DNA from: Candidatus Saccharimonadota bacterium
GTDB taxonomy: Bacteria; Patescibacteriota; Saccharimonadia; Saccharimonadales; Saccharimonadaceae
Length of the DNA: 32,000 nt
Assembly: GCA_049296095.1 (NCBI GenBank)
Contig: JBAQRV010000001.1
Coordinates: forward strand, 60,001-92,000
Direction: 5' to 3'
Shown: one piece after another, positions 31,367 through 32,000 of the stretch
How positions within the stretch are numbered: the first letter of the stretch is position 1
How the letters are laid out: every line of letters starts with the position of its first letter
Position numbers and translations under genes: made by a program
The notes under the pieces: generated by a model
The model's database searches: none
Seen by the model: the letters and a program-made list of their open reading frames with translations, nothing else
Told to the model about the DNA's origin: nothing

Positions 31367-31819
31367 ATGAAGATCTTTTTGGGCACAGATCATAACGGCT
31401 TCCATTTGAAGGAAAAAATCTTCGCGTATCTTGCGAAGCATGGCTACGATGTCGAAGACGTCGGTGATACGGTGCTTGATCCAGCTGATGACTTTCCAGA
31501 GTTTGCTCAAGCGGCGGCGCTAAAGGTACTTGGCGAGAATGAGGGTGAAGCTCGGGCAATTTTGTTATGTGGTGGCGGCCAAGGGATGGCGATGGCAGCC
31601 AATCGTTTTCGGGGTATACGTGCCAGCGTTGTGTGGGATGCATATGAAGCGAAGATGACGCGTAATGATAACGATAGTAATATTCTCTGTCTTCCTTCTC
31701 GAGTTCTCGATCGTGATGATGACGCTGAGTGGCAAGGTATTATCGAAACATGGCTCAACACTCCATTTGCCGGAGCGGTCCGATTTAAACGGCGCAATGC
31801 CCAGATTGACGAACTCTAA
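31367..31819 (+). CDS. rpiB: ribose-5-phosphate isomerase B (RpiB/LacA/LacB family)
   Basis: MKIFLGTDHNGFHLKE and CGGGQGMAMAANRFRGIRA blocks. The start is ATG 31367, internal to ORF-track entry 31304..31819, with a preceding AGGGG. Confidence 0.9.
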   Translation: MKIFLGTDHNGFHLKEKIFAYLAKHGYDVEDVGDTVLDPADDFPEFAQAAALKVLGENEGEARAILLCGGGQGMAMAANRFRGIRASVVWDAYEAKMTRNDNDSNILCLPSRVLDRDDDAEWQGIIETWLNTPFAGAVRFKRRNAQIDEL

Positions 31820-32000
31820 TGCCAAGTGTAATTGCTCCTTCTATTACCGTTGAAACAGACGACCAATACAAAGCGGCGATAGAGCGTATTCAACCGTTCG
31901 CGCAAAGAGTTCATATTGATATTAGTGACGGTGAATTTACGCCAAGTTTTCTGCTCGGTGAGGCCCAACTATGGTGGCCGAAAGAATGGCAAGTTGACAT
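31819..32000 (+). CDS. ribulose-phosphate 3-epimerase-like protein, N-terminal 60 aa (runs off the window)
   Basis: Hand translation gives MPSVIAPSITVETDDQYKAAIERIQPFAQRVHIDISDGEFTPSFLLGEAQLWWPKEWQVD. IAPSI and HIDISDGEF.P mirror the Rpe IAPSILSAD / HVDVMDGHFVP blocks. The start overlaps the rpiB stop (TAATG). Confidence 0.5.
   Translation, partial: MPSVIAPSITVETDDQYKAAIERIQPFAQRVHIDISDGEFTPSFLLGEAQLWWPKEWQVD

Noticed and set aside
1-32000. Possible alternative genetic code (UGA recoding, as in some candidate-phyla bacteria)
   Set aside because: Confident genes end at TGA, for example nusB at 2980-2982 and the 9155 ORF at 9515-9517. Long ORFs are intact under the standard code, so code 11 fits.

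Overview
This is a gene-dense bacterial chromosome segment using the standard genetic code: UGA is a stop, for example at the end of nusB. It holds about 45 CDS and one tRNA-Gln. There is no rRNA, CRISPR array, transposase, integrase or recognisable defence system.

The backbone is housekeeping:
- partial leuS, rpmF (49 aa, missing from the ORF track), nusB, a NUDIX hydrolase, rnc, rpsP, a KhpA-like KH protein and trmD
- rmuC, an aquaporin, pheS and pheT, an FKBP isomerase, trxB and a PLD-like protein
- ppa, a second NUDIX hydrolase, pgeF, a short Rel/SpoT homologue, gap, rpiB and a partial rpe-like gene

Between these sit many small membrane ORFans and an accessory stretch at about 9.1-18.4 kb. 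That stretch carries two ORFans, a PGPGW protein, a 102-aa K+ channel, a TM2 protein, a secreted protein and a divergent Ddl-like ATP-grasp ligase. It also carries a 29-aa basic microprotein unit, an Erm-like rRNA methyltransferase, an intramembrane-type two-component system and a PAP2 phosphatase.

The gene content, tight packing and missing rimM and rplS suggest a reduced-genome lineage, possibly CPR/Saccharibacteria-like. That placement is inference only.

The most unusual thing I can support is in the rpsP-KH-trmD ribosome-maturation cluster. It is split by two minus-strand two-gene cassettes of unrecognised small proteins. Each cassette has a near-consensus sigma70 promoter built on the same 14-nt motif and its own terminator, and each looks GC-richer than its flanks. 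The second cassette also has overlapping, mutually exclusive hairpins between its two genes.

Other points worth a second look are a recurring leaderless-type promoter/start geometry, the Erm-like gene, the miniature K+ channel, and a promoter/mini-ORF/hairpin unit upstream of gap.

All product calls rest on motifs read by eye. No searches or computations were run, and I cannot show that any of this is a genuinely new system.
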